Of a DNA stretch of 64,000 nucleotides, positions 25,772-40,399 are shown piece by piece. Source of the DNA: Auanema rhodensis (lineage: Eukaryota > Animalia > Nematoda); NCBI GenBank assembly GCA_964057225.1, contig OZ059897.1:15500001-15564000 (forward strand), given 5' to 3'. A model generated the notes under the pieces. That model was not told the DNA's origin and did not search any database. It saw nothing but the letters and a program-made list of their open reading frames with translations. Both the position numbers and the translations under genes were made by a program. The stretch's first letter is position 1; each line of letters begins with the position of its first letter.

Positions 25772-27703
25772 TGAACTAATGCTGCCAGTTCAAAAATTAT
25801 GTGGTTGTGATTGAAGAAATGAGAGAAATGACTGATATAGTTTGTATAGTTCAGATATAGATCTTAGATTATAATATATTTAAATTGAATTTTAATTCAA
25901 AAAAAATGTATTTGATAATAGCGATAAAACAAATTTTCTATTTTCTTAGAAAATTAATTTAGAAAAGGAAGAAATAAAAACAAGAAATATGGGGGATGTT
26001 TCAATTTGATAAGAAATCGGTCAAAAGGAAAAAAACTAAAGTGGGTGTGACAATGGAGGGCAAAGGTAAATCGAGTAAATGACTGTCAGTTTGTCTGATG
26101 TTGAGACACCATTACGGAGATTGTACGGGGGCAAAAACGAATTGTTCTATCGTTAACGAAGTTGTCTCGTTTCTCTGTTGGTTCTGTATTATTTCCAGCA
26201 TAAGGATTTTGGCGTGCCGTACGAGCAATAGATAGCAATGAAACCGGTTGGAAACTTTCAAACAAAGCGAGAGAATAGGAGAACGATGCAATGAATGAGA
26301 GAGAAATAGATGTGGGAGGGGAAAAGATAGTTAGAGAATATGAGAGTAGAAGATGAATGAGAAAGATGTAAAATTTAGAGCAAAAAAGGTTGAAATGCAG
26401 CAAGTAGTTAGAAATCTAGGAAGCACTCACTTTTACCAGATACAACAAAAATTTTTTAAATACATTTCTTCTGAAAATGACAGAAAGATAATCATGAGAT
26501 GAGTTTGAGGGCAGACTTGCCAGGTTGCAAAGTAACCAGGCGTTTGAAGGATCACTAATCTATTTATCAGCTGTTATTAAGAATTTTGTTTTTTTTGTTT
26601 CAAATTATTAAAAAACAAAACAGCATTTTTCAGAAGAATTTCTATGTTCTGATTCTTCCGTGAGAACAGCATCATCAGGCTCAGGATTATCAGCATGAAG
26701 TCGATCGTAGGTAGTCCACGATCACGATCCGGTTTTTATGAATTTTCCAACCAAATTCTTGAAGGAATATGAAGAAAATAATCCTATGATTGCCATCGAT
26801 TTTACCAGAATAACTATTTGAAGAACATCATAAGAAAGATCCATAACGATTATGTTTTAGCTTAAGATAATCTTCAGATTTATTGGTAAAAGCAATTAAT
26901 TGTAGAATAGTATCTTTAAAGAAGTAAAAAATTGTAAAAGAAAAGCTAGTAGCGTATTGTATTCATTCAAATAAAATACAAATTTTAAGAATATGTTGGC
27001 GGAGTCATACGTGTCCGTCCCTACGTGACTCATTAGCATAATATTCGTTACAAAAAATATCAACAATGTTAGAAATGCATAAGAGTTATAGTATATGTAT
27101 TTGTTGTTAATTAAAAATAATATTTTAAATAATAAATACTATATAGATAGATATAGATAGATAGTGTGCTAAATGATCATCCTTTTAATCTTTTATTTTT
27201 TAACAAAAAAAAATTAATTAATGAATATTTATATGCATATATATGTATATAGAAATATTTTTTTATATTCAGTAAACATTTGTGAAGAAAGCAAAATATA
27301 CAATTCAAAGAAAAAAGTTTTATTTAAGCAGAAAACATGATATACACATTAGTAACAGAAAAATGATATACATATTGATATGAATGTTAATACATTTTCA
27401 TAAAATTGAAGAAGTTAAAGAAGAAAAGAAGATGGTAAGAGGGGAAGAGGAGGGGGAGGAAGAGGAAAAAGAATAATACAAATTATAATTCTAAAGTGAT
27501 ATAATTTAATTTTTTTTTTGTTCGATAATGAATAGAACATTGATAATGGTTTTCAATTTGATTGATACAAAATTCACAGATAAGAAGGAATATTGCACAT
27601 GAAATGTAATTCATAAAACAATAATTATTGTTATTTTCCTTTGTTTTCTTTTTTTTTCTATTTTTTTTTGAATTAAATAAATAACAACAAAAAGATGATT
27701 AAG

Positions 27704-28805
27704 CTAAAATGGTACACGGTTATCACGTAGATATGTTTCATCATTATCTAGATGATAGAAATATTTTTTTGAACTTTCAATCTTATCTATACAATATGCT
27801 GTTTGATTATGATGTCCACTACGTAATTGACAAAGTAAATATTGTTCACACATAAAATCACATTTCACATCTTCAACACGATAAGAATATCTGAAATTTA
27901 TTATAATAAGTATTATATCAATTTGATTTTAAACTTTAATTACCTTATAAATTGTTTTCTCCATACTTTATTCTTAACTATACGGTTAAGAACAGTATTC
28001 CATGAATTCGGAGATAAATCTTTCATTCCATATGCTTCCTAAATTTGAATAAAATTAAATATATAATATAATATAATATATATTATACCTTTGCTGAATA
28101 TAGTTTCTGCCAAATTGGTGGATTATCTTCTGTTGCTGTATTAATATCTGTCCAATAGTTATCAATATCAACAATATTCTTAAACAATTATTATAATTCA
28201 GGTTATAAATATAAAATTAAAATATACATAATTCTGCGCTGAATCTATGCTGAAGATTCGATAACCTGGGTTCACATCTGAGAATGTTGTAACTGAAGGA
28301 GCAGCATATCCAACATTTATTGGCTTTGAGTTAATATCATTCATATCTTCATAAAACATTATAAAATAATCTAAATGAACATGACCGAAGAACTGTCCTA
28401 CTATTGTTGAAGAAAATCTAAATTATATATTCAAAATATTTTCATATGAAATACTGATTACCTTTGTACAACTTTGTAATAATTTCTAGCCCATCCTTCT
28501 AAACATTCTTCATTTCCGGGAGGAATATGAGCCATGATATGTACAACTTCTCCAGCTTGTTCCGACTTAGAAAAAATAAGAATATAAGAAGAAAAGAAAA
28601 TTGTTATTTACCATATATAGTTCAGCTACAAGCCATGACATTGTACCATCGGGATCACTTTGATTTAAATATAAGAAACTGAAATTGAAAATATTCAAAT
28701 TAATTTTTTTAATCCAAAAACTTACAAGTTTGTAGTTTCACAGTAGCCAGTATTTAAAGAAATTAATTTTAACCCCTTAGCTGTATACATACTATATGAT
28801 CCTCG

Positions 28806-28850
<45 letters not shown>

Positions 28851-30219
28851 TATAAAAGAGAAAAACTAACTAATTATTTGTATCCAAAGCTACATTATCT
28901 AACCAATCATTACTTATATTACTGATTGTATTGTATAACCAAGTAGGTAAAAATTTCTTTTCCGTAATAGTATGAGGAGCAAAACTAAAGCAAAGAACTT
29001 TAAAATTGAAATAACTAATGATATTACCTATTAACTGGAACTCCTTCATGATTTCCAACAGCCCAATATATTGGAATATTTGGAAAAACATTTCTTATAG
29101 TATCAGAGATATTTTTAATTCCTTGTATATGCTTTTCTTTTGAATATTCCCAATCAACATGATTCAAGAAATCACCAGACATCATGATGTAATCAATCTT
29201 TAATTTTTTTTAAAATTGTCAAAACTTTGAAGTTATAACTTACTTCTTCAGTTTTCTTAATATGTTGAAGCATATGTGAGAATGTATGTATTGGAATATC
29301 ACAATCAGCAGCAGTTCCCCAGTATCCAGCTGGTTTTGATGGATTAGCTGAATGATTATAATGTTATTAATTTATTTTAAAAGAATATTAAATTAAATAA
29401 ATATTTAAAAAAAAACTGACGAACTGTATTCTGGCAACAAACGGGTAAACCGCAATTAGCTTCTGCACCAGGAGTATAATCATAATCTATATGTAAGTCA
29501 GATAATTGAAGTGCTCGGATAATTTTTCCTTTTTCAATATCTGAAAAAATATATTTTTAACTATAAGATATTGAGTAAGACAAACTTTTAGGAAGATGAG
29601 GCTTTGCCTTTACTTTGGGTTTAGGTGGTAGGAAAACCTTTAAAAATAACATATAAATAATTATATTAAAATAAGTTTAACATACTTCCCATCCAGCTTG
29701 ACTTTTATCAGTAACATCAGCACAATCAGGAAGCAAAATACCGCATAACTGTGATGGTGATGATGATGATAATCGACGAAAAACATAAAAGAATTCCTCC
29801 TTTAAAAATATAAAATTGTTTTAATTTTTAAAAAAATATATAAATTACCCTAAACTGATTTGATATTCCATCACATACAACCCAGCTTTGTTTAGCGAAT
29901 AATTTACAAATAACTTTTGCAAATTCCAAAATAACAGGCTCTGAGGCATCAACTTTAACGACAAAACTGAATAAGATAATAGAAAACTTGAAAGAAAATC
30001 TGAAAAATACCTCATAAACGATATAGCAGCAACACATGATGAACATTTAATATCAAATTGAAGTCTTTCATTGTCGTTTAGAACTGAAGTTTTAAAAAAA
30101 AGTTTTGAAAAAAATATAAAAAACATACTTTGATCATATTTATTATATTTTTTTATTGGATTACTTGTACTATAATGAACTAAAACTAAAGCAATTAGAA
30201 TTAGAGGTGGTTTTCTCAT
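27704..30219 (-). CDS. Acid sphingomyelinase (asm/SMPD1 family)
   Basis: Signal peptide; saposin-B domain (CSSC...ICKLF...VCDGI); metallophosphoesterase motifs LSDLHID, GDFLNH, GNHEG, HIPPG, FFGHVH; PSVTTF...NPGYR. Confidence 0.95.
28812..28846. repeat. (TA)n microsatellite in a sphingomyelinase intron
   Basis: Pure TA run directly beside the splice acceptor. Confidence 0.9.
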
Positions 30220-31771
30220 CTAGAAAATATAAAATAATAATTAAAGATTATTATAATAGTTAGTTTTTTGAAGAATAATAACACAACGATGAAATAAACA
30301 AGAAAACAGTGAAAAGAGAAGAAACATCATAAAGAGATGATGAGATCTCAGATGATTTCTGGAACGAATTAAGACAAAGAACGGAAGAAATAGAAAGAAA
30401 TCGATAATCCATATAGATTCTTTAGTGTTTTCACATACCATTAGAGAATCGTATAAGATTTAAAACTATAGTGAAGTAAGAAAAGACTTTATGAGCTGTT
30501 AGCTATTAGTACAATGAAAGATGAGGCAAGTGAGATAGGAATGTGGAAAAGCTGACGAGGAGATGACCTAGCTGTTGGGAGTTTGAACTATGTGACATAG
30601 ACAGCTTTATTAATATGTCTAAGTCTAAACTAAGGCTGACAAGTCGACCTACGACAGTTAAACTAAATCTGTGAAAGTCGTCTTAAGATTCAATGATTTC
30701 TTGATCTTCTTCATCAAACTATCTACTTCTCTCATCTTTGTCGTCAGCTGTTAAGCATGAAAAAATAACTTCAATCTAAAGCTGAATTAAAATAATTAAT
30801 CTTTTTAAAAACTATATCATATGGTATAAGTGGGTGATAATAAATGATTAAGATATATCAGATTATTCTGAACAAGTGTAACAAATTACATTTGAAATAA
30901 TTTTTTCTTCTTATTGTGTTATATAATTTTGAAGAATTTTTCTGTAATGATAGGCAGGTTATTGGAATATTTGATATAATTAAATCTAAAAAAGTTGAGA
31001 AGGAAAGTAAAAATTGAGAGAGAAACTTTGAAGAGGACATGAAGTATCACATGTTTCTCATTAATTTCAAGAGTCAGGTAGATGAGCAGACGTATTAATG
31101 GCAGAAATGAGAGAAAATAAAGAAAAACTAATAATGGATTGTGAATCTTGTTTTAAGGCTAGACTACAATTTTTTGTTCAAAAAAAGATTAACAGATGTT
31201 TGAAAATGAAAAGAAACAGTTGGTTTTCATCATTACCTCCTTTTTCTTTTTTTTAAATATTACTCAAAAGAAAAAAATAATAATTAATAATGAAATAGGT
31301 GGTCTGAAATTTAAATTTTAAATAATATATATTATACTGTATCTAAAATAAATAATATTAAAGAATAAATAAAAATATTATAATAAATCAACATTAATTA
31401 TAATATGTCAATAATGAATAGAATAAATAGTATATAATATGAAATGAAACAGCCTTTTCATCTCTTTTAAACTTAAGTTATATTATTATTGCTCATAATA
31501 TTTTTCATTTAAAAATCTGTTCAATAGATCCTGTGAACGAATGTATTTTCTTGATTATTCAGATTGATGATTCATATTCTTCAGAAATATTACATTGAAT
31601 GTGATATGTTTATTACTTTATTAACTATTATATAACGATTATATAAAATCGATTTATCCATGAATATTTTATTTGTGTGATATACTATATACTATATGTG
31701 GAAAAATATTATAATATTCTTAAATATTTTTATTTCAGATAATCTTTTTTTACAATTTCAATAAGATTAAC

Positions 31772-32895
31772 ATGTATAATCGATTCTTCTTTCTTTTATT
31801 TATATTATTTATTACTTCATTAATTTATCTTATATTAATATTTGTTAAAGCAAATTGTAAGTTTTGGAAATTTATTTTTGATTTTTAAATTAAATTTAAA
31901 TTTTTAAGTTTTAATTTCACCTATGACACATTCAATCCAGTCAAATAACGAAATATCAGATTTTATGATTGATGTCTTCCGAAAACAAGTATTTTCTTTT
32001 GAATTATAATTAACTTGAAAAAAATATTTACTAAGGCACCTTTACGTCGAAGAGCATTTCGAATAATTTTAGAAAATAATGAAAAGGATTACTTAACATT
32101 CTATAATGCTCTTGTACCTGAGGTAGAAGCATTTTCTTTTAAAAATTCAATTTTATGTGAATTTAAAGATATTTTGTATGGATAAAGTACGATTAGGAAC
32201 TATTGGAGATGGTGGTAAATGGATATGTAGCCCTCAAAGGTTAGTTATTTTAATATTTATATAAGTATGTTGATATAGATTACCAAATGATTGTGCAATT
32301 GTTTCTTTGGGATTATATAATTCAATAAGTTTTGATGAAGATTTACAATTAATTTCTAATAAACGATGCCGTCTTATCGGAATAGATCAGGTAAATTCAA
32401 ATTCAAACATGTTCAGAAGATTCACAGATATTCAGATGAAACAAGATAGTTCTACTAATAAACGATTAGCTGAACTAAATGGAAAATCAATTGTAGCTAG
32501 AGTAGGTGAAACTGAAGAACCCAATACTTCACGTTTATCTGATTTACTAAAATTGGAAAAAATAAATAAAGTCGAAATTTTAAAAATGGATATAGAAGGA
32601 TCTGAATACAGTTCTTTAATACCATTTCTTGAAAAGAACAATGTATCACAGGTATTCTTATTTTTTATTCTTCTAGAATTTTTTTATTTTTTTTCAGGTT
32701 CTCATGGAATTACATGATAATGGTGGTGCAGCTGGTAAAGTTAAAATTTTAAATAAGCTTTCGAAACTAGGATATTGGTTACTATCACAAGAAATTAATG
32801 GCCGTTATCACCAGTTAGTTGAACTAGTTTTCATTCATGAATCACAATTTAATCGTTATCATGTTGTTCCAATAGCTCGATATCTTGATTTCTAA
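31772..32895 (+). CDS. Type II membrane FkbM/Methyltransf_21-22 (METTL24-like) methyltransferase
   Basis: N-terminal hydrophobic anchor; RLGTIGDGGKWIC, IVSLGLYNSISFD, ILKMDIEGSEY, QVLMELH. Confidence 0.88.
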
Positions 32896-32971
32896 CTTAA
32901 TTTCTTTTTTTTTTCGAATAAATACATTTCAAAACCTGACAAAAGCAATCAAATAAAAAAGCAAAAAGATT

Positions 32972-33053
32972 CGCAGTCAGCAGGATTCGAACCTACGCGG
33001 GCAGAGCCCAATTGATTTCTAGTCAATCTCCTTAACCACTCGGACATGACTGC
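32972..33053 (-). tRNA. tRNA-Ser(AGA)
   Basis: Reverse complement GCAGTCATGTCCGAGTGGTTAAGGAGATTGACT-AGA-AATCAATTGGGCTCTGCCCGCGTAGGTTCGAATCCTGCTGACTGCG; 82 nt with long variable arm. Confidence 0.97.
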
Positions 33054-33209
33054 ACGATTTCGTAAGAGGTCAAAGTTTTTAACATCATCATTACACCCTA
33101 TAATGTAAAACTATTTATAAAGCATATTGAGCATGAAATATTATGTATTACATACATTGATTTTATATAATATTATTATACTAAAACTAAGTTAACGTAT
33201 TAACATGCT

Positions 33210-35214
33210 TCAGTATACAAAGACAAAACAAATTGATAAAATAAATGAAACTACAGAAAACTTGAGATCGAATGAACTACTTGTAGTTACGGAGTTTAAG
33301 GATTGTGTTGTTGCATATGTTGTGGGAGTTGGGTCAGTTGAGACAGTCGTATTAGATGGATCAACCCAATCAGCAATAAAAAGATTCAAATCATATTGAG
33401 AAGATGCATTCCTAGAAGATCCCCATACAAGCTTTGTTCCAGCATAATTCATCATAGCGAATGAATTAAATTGCCATTTATCACCATAAGTAACCTGAAA
33501 AGTATTTTTAAAAAATAAAAATAATTGACAAGCATACTCTTTCTAAGTTAGTACCATCATCATTAATTATATAAAGAGAAAATGCTCCAAAACCGTTTTG
33601 GGCATCATCATGATTTGAACTGAAAATTTAAAAAATCAACTTCTATTTGAAATTTTGAAAAATTTACCTAAAAATAACTCTTTTATTATCAATATAATAA
33701 GGAGCCCAATTAGCTTGTGTTAAATTAGTAATTTGCCTCATATTTTGACCATCAATATCAATAACAAATAATTCCATAGCAATTGGTTCTACTAAGTCGT
33801 ATGATAAAAGTGTCTAAACAATAATTATAAAAAAATGTTCTTCAATAAAATGATATAACCTTGTATTTCTTTATATCTTCATCAGTTTTTGGTCGGCTTG
33901 CACGGAATATAAGGCGTTTTCCATCAGGTGAAAAGAAACTTCCTCCGTCATATCCCAAAGTATTAGTTAACTAGAATATATTATTTAGTTAAAAACATTA
34001 TAATATCTTGTATTATACTTGTTTAAGATTGGTTCCATCACTATTCATTATCCATAATTCTAAATCTCCACTTCGAATAGATGTAAAAGCAATCTTTGTG
34101 CCATCTGGAGAAAGAACTCCTTCAGCATCATATCCTGGAGAATTTGTTAATCTCTGGACAATATTACCATATTTATCAACCTTTAAATGAATAATATAAT
34201 AATAAAAAGGGAAAGAAAACAAAAACCTTGAATATATCATAATCAGGAACAATATCCCAAGTATATGACGTATTACAGAGCTGTTTAAGTACAGGATCTT
34301 GAATTGTAGTTGGGTTAGCGCACTTCTTTGGTGGACAAGTCTTTGATATATCTGGATACCTATCAGCAGTTATCTAAATGTTTAGATAATTTAAATATAT
34401 TGAAAGAAAAGCTGACATTCCAAAAGTTTCCAGCATATAGACGATGATTATTATCAGCTTCTTTAAAGAAAAAGGAACAAGTTGTACCACCAAGTCCTGT
34501 ACTAATTCTGCGTAAAGTTTGTTGTCTTGGATCAATGTTCAAATCCAGTTCATAAATCTAAAGTAATATTTTGTGTTTTAACATAGGAATATGTGCTTAC
34601 TTGGTCACAATCAGTACCGTAACCAGTTGCTTGCAAAGTTAGTTTTGAATCATCAAAACTGGAATAAAAAGATTAAATCTAACGGAAGTAAATTTGAAAT
34701 TTTGTAAAACGATTAATAGAAAAGTTCAAAAGTACCTAAAATATCCTTCAGCATTTTCACCTTGAAATGTTAGTTGTTTAACATTTTTAAAATGTGTCTC
34801 TCCTTGAAAATGGATAACATTATCATATGGCTCTGTTTCTAAATCTTGCCATCTAGTCTATAACATCAATCAATAAAATTATTGAAAAATACGGAAAATG
34901 GAAATAAAATATTAAGAAATACACACAGGAATGGTTGATGTTGATATTCTATTTGTCTTCAATTCTTCTGCTTTAGTATCCCAAAATGAGCCTAAACTCT
35001 GTTTCTGCAATAAGTACAATTATTAATATGTGGAAATATATTATAAATTTTAAAAAGATTCAAATAATATTCATAATTACTATTATGAATAAGAATATTC
35101 ATTTCTTTCTTCTTTTTTTCTTACCCATTTGTCGTAGAATCCATCATCTGCAGATGGAATTGCAGCATATGCTAAAGAGCAAACAGCAACAAAGAATATC
35201 AGACGACGATCCAT
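33210..35214 (-). CDS. TolB-like/PD40 beta-propeller with signal peptide, Ser/Thr stalk and GPI-like tail (about 11 exons)
   Basis: Blades KQLTFQGENAEGYFSFD, RLTNSPGYDAEGVLSPDGTKIAFTSIRSGDLELWIMNSDG, QLTNTLGYDGGSFFSPDGKRLIFRASRP, QITNLTQANWAPY; ends NLFIADW, then a T-rich linker and FSVVSFILSICFVFVY*. Confidence 0.88.
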
Positions 35215-37445
35215 TCCTGCAAAAAAAAAGAATATGAACTTTACATAATTAAAGATCTTATCGAAACGAAATCATAAAATGGTATAATATCTGAAAATAT
35301 CATAATCAAACTTCTGCTCAAACGTTCATAGTTTATATAGTTTTGAGAATACACGATAAGCTTTTTCTTGCTCAACTGATAACCCATAAATTATCATGAT
35401 TTATTCACAGAAAGTTGAAGATTTTAAATCAAATTAACACCTAAAACTTTCTTTAGTTGGAATCTTATCTTTGTACATGAATACTATACGAATTACATCA
35501 AATACAGTACATTTTAAGAACATAAAAAATTCTTAACAAAACTTCCATAGAACTTGTTTTACACTTTTTTTTATGAAAGTGCTCAGTATCAGGAGAGAAA
35601 AAACAACATTTTGTCGTTAAAATTTGCTACTTTCAAACAATTTATATAATGACAATGCTTCTTCAATAATATAATCTATAAAAAACTTGTAGTACATCAT
35701 ATATTTATGGTAAAAAAAGCATTTATTAAAGGTTGTTGCTTTCTTTACGTAATCCTAATATCACAAACTTGAAGTATTAATTCCTGATAATTATCAAATT
35801 GCATCATAATACAAGGAATGATTTTCAAATGCAAGCGGCACAAAAAAGACAATCTAATCAGGTAAGAAAAACAAAAAAAATATGTTAAGACATGAAATAC
35901 TACATGATTTTACATGATTCATTATAATCCGAAAAATATAATAGAAAAAATTAAACTAATATAATTCTAAAAGTATGAAACATATATAAAAAAAATATTT
36001 TTAAATAAAAAAAAAAGGTTATTGTTTTTTTTTCTTCTCAGCTGATCACTCTCGCTCTCTCTCTATTTGAAAATCTGTCTCCTCCCATCTCTTTCTGCTC
36101 ACTTGTTTTTCTTCTTTCTTAGTGTTTTCTATTCTGTATCTTTTTCCCTCTTTACTGTTTATCATATCTTTTTTTTCTTTAAATCTCTATTTCTTACATA
36201 ATATTATGTTGTTGAACTTGGTCAAAATCTGTTGTTTCACTTATATCTTTAATAATTCCCAACACGTGATCATCGTCTGTTCCTCCAACACATACAAATC
36301 ATAAAAAATTTAATTTATTTAAAAAAAAAAAAATCTAAATTATGAATAATATGAATATTTTAAAAGGTTAATTCATCACATCTTTTTAACTGTTATTATT
36401 AAGAAAATGAAAAACAAAATCGTGTGATTTCTCTCACTTATTATCAAATGAAATATATTAATTTTCTTCTTTTTTTTGTTCATCTTCATTCATGATATGA
36501 CAAGAAATAGCTTGAAAATTTTCTTTAAAAACGATAAGAACTTAAAAACTTTCGACTATTCAGCTAAATTCACTGCAATTTTCAATGAAAAAATGAAAAA
36601 TACATTGATTTCTAAGTGAAAGTACAGTTATGATAAGATAAAATATTAATATAAACTAATTATACGAATATGTAATTGATTTTTTTTTAGTTTTTATAAA
36701 TACAAAATATAATAATATATGTATAAATCAATAGATCATTCTACAAAAATAACCTTATACGGTTTATATTACAATAATTTTATTATATTTTTATATTTCA
36801 AAAAATAAAATTGTTATTATATATTTGAAATATTATAATACTTTGTTTATTAATTGCTTTCTTAAACATATTATTTATATAATTGTTTAATTTCAAATAT
36901 TTGTTCGATCCCCTATTGAACCAATCAACTACTAAACCTTTGATCGGTCAACTCCCGGTGAAAGATGTTCCAACTTTTTTGAAACTGTCACATTGTTCAA
37001 CGTATGATTCAACCGTATTCATGATAAAAATTAATTAATTAATTAATTATCTAATTTATTTTTAAATTTTCTATTTATAGTTTTATGTCTGAATTTTTAA
37101 AATATTTGTTTGTTTTTATGTATGAAAAAGATATCAAATTCCTTGAAATGGTTAAGAATGCGATTAAAACACAACAGATAATAACCTTCTCAGTCTTTCG
37201 AATTAGCTGAACAACTTCCGGCTGAATAAATGATTTCTCTTTTTGGAAGAAATAGTTTTTATTGGCTTCCTGTCGCTAAATATAAATGCAAGAAATATAA
37301 GTTCGATATTACAGTCTCCTTAATTGGATATCGTATGTTATACCGAAAAGAAATTTAATTATAATAATATTATATTTATATATAATTAATAAAAATAAAA
37401 TATGTTAGTGATTAGGAAAGAACTGTATGTAAAAGATACCAAACA

Positions 37446-37520
37446 GGGAGGGAGAGAAAGAAAGAAAGAGAGAAGAAGAAGAGAGAGAGAGAGAGAGACA
37501 GAGAGACAGAAGGAGAAAAG
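37446..37520. repeat. GA-rich low-complexity tract
   Basis: (GA)n-rich purine run. Confidence 0.8.
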
Positions 37521-38222
37521 GATGGAGAGTAAGCTTGTGATGGATATCTGCCTAGAGTACAAACATATGTATATATGTCGCCAGTGGTCACCTATTAATG
37601 ATTGAGCGAGTTTTAAATAACTGGTTCATTTGCGGTTTGTTTCTGGTCTATCAAAGTTCGATTTGTCTAGATATCGTAGGAGCGCAAAAAGATAGAAGAG
37701 AGAATGATTATAATTAGAAATTTCTAAGAAAAACCTTCGTTATTAATGGTCATGAACTGGGCAGCAATAAAGAAGAAAGCGATGAAAGATGATAGAAGAA
37801 GAAATAGTCGTTTCCGATACCAAGACTACCGTAATATACATATAAGAGCTAAAAAGAAATATAATAAGATGTCGAATTTCAGAACATGAATTGTAGATGA
37901 AAGAGTGAGAAAGAATGTAAGTATTTGAGATTTTTAGGAAAAAAAGACAAAAACGTGGAGAATATCTTCACTTTCTTTCTTTCATAAACAACAAAGATTT
38001 TATTAGTTGTGTTTCAACTGTTACTGTAATGTTTTGTATATAGTTTGAACTAAATTAATAAAAAATTCTAAGTTAAACTTATTTTAATGATAACTAATAC
38101 ACTTTGTTAGCATTCTATAGAGTTGAAAGAATCATTCTACATGTGATATGAGATGAAGTTAGAAATTCAAGTGGAACAATATTTATTTCGAGTTTTATTG
38201 TTTATATTTGAGTATATTATAT

Positions 38223-38226
<4 letters not shown>

Positions 38227-38280
<54 letters not shown>
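38227..38280. repeat. (TA)n microsatellite
   Basis: Pure TA run of about 54 nt. Confidence 0.95.
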
Positions 38281-38283
<3 letters not shown>

Positions 38284-40399
38284 ATAGCATTTGTCATTAA
38301 ATTTGGATTATTAATAGTGGAGTTTTTAGGAAAAAATGATCTTCACTTTGGTATGATGACGTGCTACACTCAAAACACAGCACTGTCATCATATGCATGT
38401 ATCCCGTGTCTCAAATTAAAGTTTATATAATGAATTTGATAGAGTGAAATCATATATAGTTCATTGAAATAACTGATATACATAAATATCTTATGAGATT
38501 TTCTACAGTAATTTAACTGAGTGTGCCGTCATTCTTATATAGTTATCAAGAGCCAAAGTTTACATCTTTCAGATAATTTAGTTAATTGTTTCTGTCGTCA
38601 TCAATTCCTCTGTAAATTGTTTCTCTTTTTAATTATTTTATTTTTTCCAAAATCTTTTTAGTGGATTTTTCCGTGTTTCTCTTATTAAATTTCTACTAGA
38701 TTACAAATGAAATTATATAATTTAGTTAATTACATATTTCATTAGATATGGAAGCCTTAAAAGCCTTGTTGCATGACCAAACGACTGATTGTGAGTTTTG
38801 TAAACACTGACTTCCAAGTTGTATGTGGTTAACGGTTTCTTCATGTTTGGTCATTTTATCTTTTAACTATGTCCTCTCAACAGATATACATACTCGTTAA
38901 GTACTTTACGAGGTTGACGTCACATAGATAAGCCTATAGACTCAATCGAAATATTTATTTCGTTCTAATAAACTCACTAGAGTATTCGTCTTTTCTTCTT
39001 ATTTAAACAACTTCAATTTAAATATTGAATAGACATTGTTTTTTTTTTATTTAAAAAATGAATTTGAATGAATGAAATTGAGAATTAGCAAAAAGTGAAA
39101 AGAATAAGAGGATCAGTGAGTAAGAAACGGTAGATGAAAGAGAACAATATTTAAAAGAAAAGTGATGAGAGTAGAATTATTACATCACTTCATACCCATT
39201 TTCCAAGCTTTTTCGTATTGTTTTTTGAAGTTATTCTTATAATTTTTTGAAATTTCTTCCATCGTATATGTTGACTTTAGAACAATATCATATTTTCAAT
39301 CTTCCTTGTCCAATAGAAGAAAATGCCAACAGAATTGTTTTTTAATTTCATCGAAATCCGAAAAGCTTGATGTAGTTACACAGCATAAGCTATATTTTTT
39401 GTTTTATTTCCTTTCTCCGTGTATTTTCGTTGAAACATTTTTCTTTTTTTTTTTCGTTGAAATATTATCAAAAAATATATTTCAATCGTCATTCCATTGA
39501 TCATTTCTGCAAAAATATTGTCTTTTTCTCTTTTTTTTTTTGTTTTAAAATTCTAATTTTGACAATCTGACCTAAAGAATCAATTAAAAATATTGGCAAG
39601 TTTGTGTGCTCAAGAGAATATATGAAATGGTTGATCAAATTTATCAAATGATTAGATATATAGCTAGCACTTTTGCTTGAGCATTAATTGTTTTCAACTT
39701 TATTATGCCTAATTTAACTCTTTTTGTCTTTGATGATCATTAGAGAATCTTTGAAATTGCTATAAATTTTACAATGTATTTCATCTCTTTCTTATATATT
39801 TTATTTGACCATCTCTTATCTCTGATTTCTCACCTCGTTTTTGATTTCTTCTCTCTCATATTGTCTTTCTTTCTATTTCGCGCTCTCTCTCTCTCTCTCT
39901 TTACTTCTTTCATCGCCCTTCTACGTAATAATGTCCAATAAAAATCTTTTTCGGACTTTGAAATGCCAAAAACAGTTCATCTAATCAGTCCATTAAGGGC
40001 TTCCGTTCTCATTTCGATTCGTGGTCATGATGGGGGCATTGATAGATCGATGATAGCTCTTTCAGACGATTCTATTTTCAGAGATTTCTCTTCCTCGACC
40101 ATTAGTTTCTCATATCAAAACTGAATTACCGGAAGTCAATTGCAAAAGTTTAGCCAAAAGCTTATATCATATCATTTGTATTCTCCATTGTTTTTCTCAA
40201 ATATTGTTGCTGAAAACAGTCCATTTTTTCACCAAAATTTATGAAAAAGACATTTTGTGGTGAACGTTGTGTATAGATATTTCTCAAAATTCAACAATTT
40301 CCTTATCCAACAGAAATATCGAAATAGAAATCAAATTGATATATTATAGATCAAAAACCTAAAGCTATCAATATTTTTTTAGGAAACGAATAAAGAACG

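Noticed and set aside
26086-26403. 105-aa minus-strand ORF
   Set aside because: Largely CT-rich low complexity, with no motif or supporting exon structure.
32972-33053. tRNA-Ser as a bacterial-style integration site for the TolB-like gene
   Set aside because: It is a typical eukaryotic tRNA without CCA, and there is no att duplication or integrase.
33210-35214. Bacterial contamination as the explanation for the TolB-like ORFs
   Set aside because: The gene is split by about 10 host-type GT-AG introns and shares the local base composition.
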